From the NCBI GenBank assembly GCA_964016885.1, contig CAXHJY010000257.1, forward strand, positions 1 to 64,000: DNA of 64,000 nt, written 5' to 3'. A program made the position numbers and the translations under genes. The notes beneath the pieces are model-generated. The model did not search any database and had not been told where the DNA came from. It saw only the letters and a program-made list of their open reading frames with translations. Source of the stretch: Eledone cirrhosa (lineage: Eukaryota). Below, in pieces: positions 61,017-64,000 of this stretch. The stretch's first letter is position 1. Each line of letters opens with the position of its first letter.

Positions 61017-61624
61017 GGTGGCTGCCAACTCGTTTTCGAGTACGGCCACTACTTTATATCCATGTAGGAGAACCCCTACCGATGCGCTGAACGAGTGTGA
61101 CTTTTTAGTCCAGCCAGCGACTTGAAAACTCTGGTACAAACACTACACTTGTGACAATTACTGACACATAGTGCTGGGCCCATGGTACCATGTGACGACA
61201 AGTGCAGAGAGATCTCCAGATATAAAGCAATGCCTGTGCCGTGAAGCTTTTATAGTGAGCAAAGGCACTGCACAAAGCCAGTCCCACTCTCTTAACCAAG
61301 ATGATATTTACCAAAAAGAAGAACAAGTCAACATCATTGGATACCATCAGGGTTGCAGGTGTTATATCAGAGTTTTCCTTCTCCTAGAATTCTGCCTTGA
61401 CAAAGGCTAAGGGGTCATCTCTCCCGGTGATTTTGGATGGCCATTGACTCTTAAGAGCTCCTTTGCCCTTTGACAGGTTTTGTTTTTAGTCCTGCAGGAT
61501 GTCCAAAGTCACCCTCCTCACCAAGAAACCTTGGTGGGGTTGCCAGTTTAGTCGCCAACGACCCGACCATGGGACAGGTTGTACTGGGATACATGTTACC
61601 AGTAGCACCAACTGGTGACCTGAC
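61016..61624 (-). mobile_element. Bipartite non-autonomous RTE-derived element (5' UTR fused to 3' end)
   Basis: 5' part with GGCAACCCC and CTAGGAGAAGGAAAACTCTGAT motifs typical of RTE 5' UTRs. 3' part encodes a C2H2 remnant [17 protein letters not shown]. Three copies in the window. Confidence 0.7.
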
Positions 61625-61664
61625 ATATATATATATACATATATATATATATACATATATATAC

Positions 61665-61743
<79 letters not shown>

Positions 61744-61856
61744 CATATATATACATATACATATATATACATATACATATATATACATATACATATATAT
61801 ATATATACATATATATACATATACATATATATATATATACATATATATACATATAC

Positions 61857-61919
<63 letters not shown>

Positions 61920-61936
61920 CATATATATACATATAC

Positions 61937-62015
<79 letters not shown>

Positions 62016-62080
62016 CATATATATACATATACATATATATACATATACATATATATATATATACATATATATACATATAC

Positions 62081-62111
<31 letters not shown>

Positions 62112-62119
62112 CATATATA
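61625..62119. repeat. (AT)n/ATAC microsatellite array
   Basis: Direct inspection. Confidence 0.97.
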
Positions 62120-62726
62120 TGGTGGCTGCCAACTCGTTTTCGAGTACGGCCACTACTTTATATCCATGTAGGAGAACCCCTACCGAAGCGCTGCATGAGT
62201 GTGACTTTTTAGTCCAGCCAGCGACTTGAAAACTCTGGTACAAACACTACACTTGTGACAATTATTGACACATAGTGCTGGGCCCATGGTACCATGTGAG
62301 GACAAGTGCAGAGAGATCTCCAGATATAAAGCAATGCGTGCCGTGAAGCTTTTATAGTGAGCAAAGGCACTGCACAAAGCCGGTCCCACTCTCTTAACCA
62401 AGATGATATTTACCAAAAAGAAGAACAAGTCAACATCATTGGATACCATCAAGGTTGCAGGTGTTATATCAGAGTTTTCCTTCTCCTAGAATTCTGCCTT
62501 GACAAAGGCTAAGGGGTCATCTCTCCCGGTGATTTTGGATGGCCATTAACTCTTAAGAGCTCCTTTGCCCTTTGACAGGTTTTGTTTTTAGTCCTGCAGG
62601 ATGTCCAAAGTCACCCTCCTCACCAAGAGACCTTGGTGGGGTTGCCAGTTTAGTCGCCAACGACCCGACCATGAGACAGGTTGTACTGGGATACATGTTA
62701 CCAGTAGCACCAACTGGTGACCTGAC
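62119..62726 (-). mobile_element. Bipartite non-autonomous RTE-derived element, third copy
   Basis: Collinear with 61016-61624 with scattered substitutions. Confidence 0.7.
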
Positions 62727-63841
<1,115 letters not shown>

Positions 63842-64000
63842 TCATCATCATCATCATCAACGTTTAACGTCCGTGTTCCATGCTTGCATGGGTTTGGACG
63901 GGGGTAGTCCCACTTGAGGCAAGAGTGATTGTCTTGCTCGCATAGGACTGTCTGGCAGGTTTTCTACAGTTGGATGCCCTTCCTAACACCAACCACATTT
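63842..64000 (-). mobile_element. RTE LINE (PHD family) 3' end, continues beyond the window
   Basis: Nearly identical to 56066-56230. Confidence 0.9.

Noticed and set aside
57390-61139. 1249-aa ORF as a novel fusion protein
   Set aside because: The N-terminal half is translated AT/ATAC microsatellite, which lacks stop codons. Only 57390-59184 is real LINE ORF.

Overview
Eukaryotic, AT-rich, transposon-saturated animal DNA. The tRNA-derived SINE families and (AT)/(ATAC) arrays resemble those of octopus (coleoid cephalopod); this is inference only. One host coding exon is visible: a phase 1-1 exon on the minus strand (27843-28433) encoding a signal-peptide tail plus the N-terminal laminin-G domain typical of invertebrate Crumbs. 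Most or all of the window is therefore probably crumbs intron. 1-13083 is a head-to-tail array of three divergent L1/Tx1-clade retrotransposons joined by (ATCT)n. They share covarying 5' and 3' UTR hairpins, and ORF2 is bracketed by splice-site-like sequences whose use would rebuild the ORF1 stop codon. Next come a 15-bp satellite, a non-autonomous Helitron, SINEs and Penelope-like remnants with minimal hammerhead ribozymes (two canonical, two with a CAGAAGA core). The rest holds many RTE copies carrying a PHD finger, including large inverted pairs; a composite hAT element with pieces of three transposases inserted into an RTE; an uninterrupted 5'-truncated CR1-type RT frame; bipartite non-autonomous RTEs; and a structured non-coding element ending in TATA-pseudoknot-hammerhead-AATAAA. 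All assignments are by eye, without database searches.
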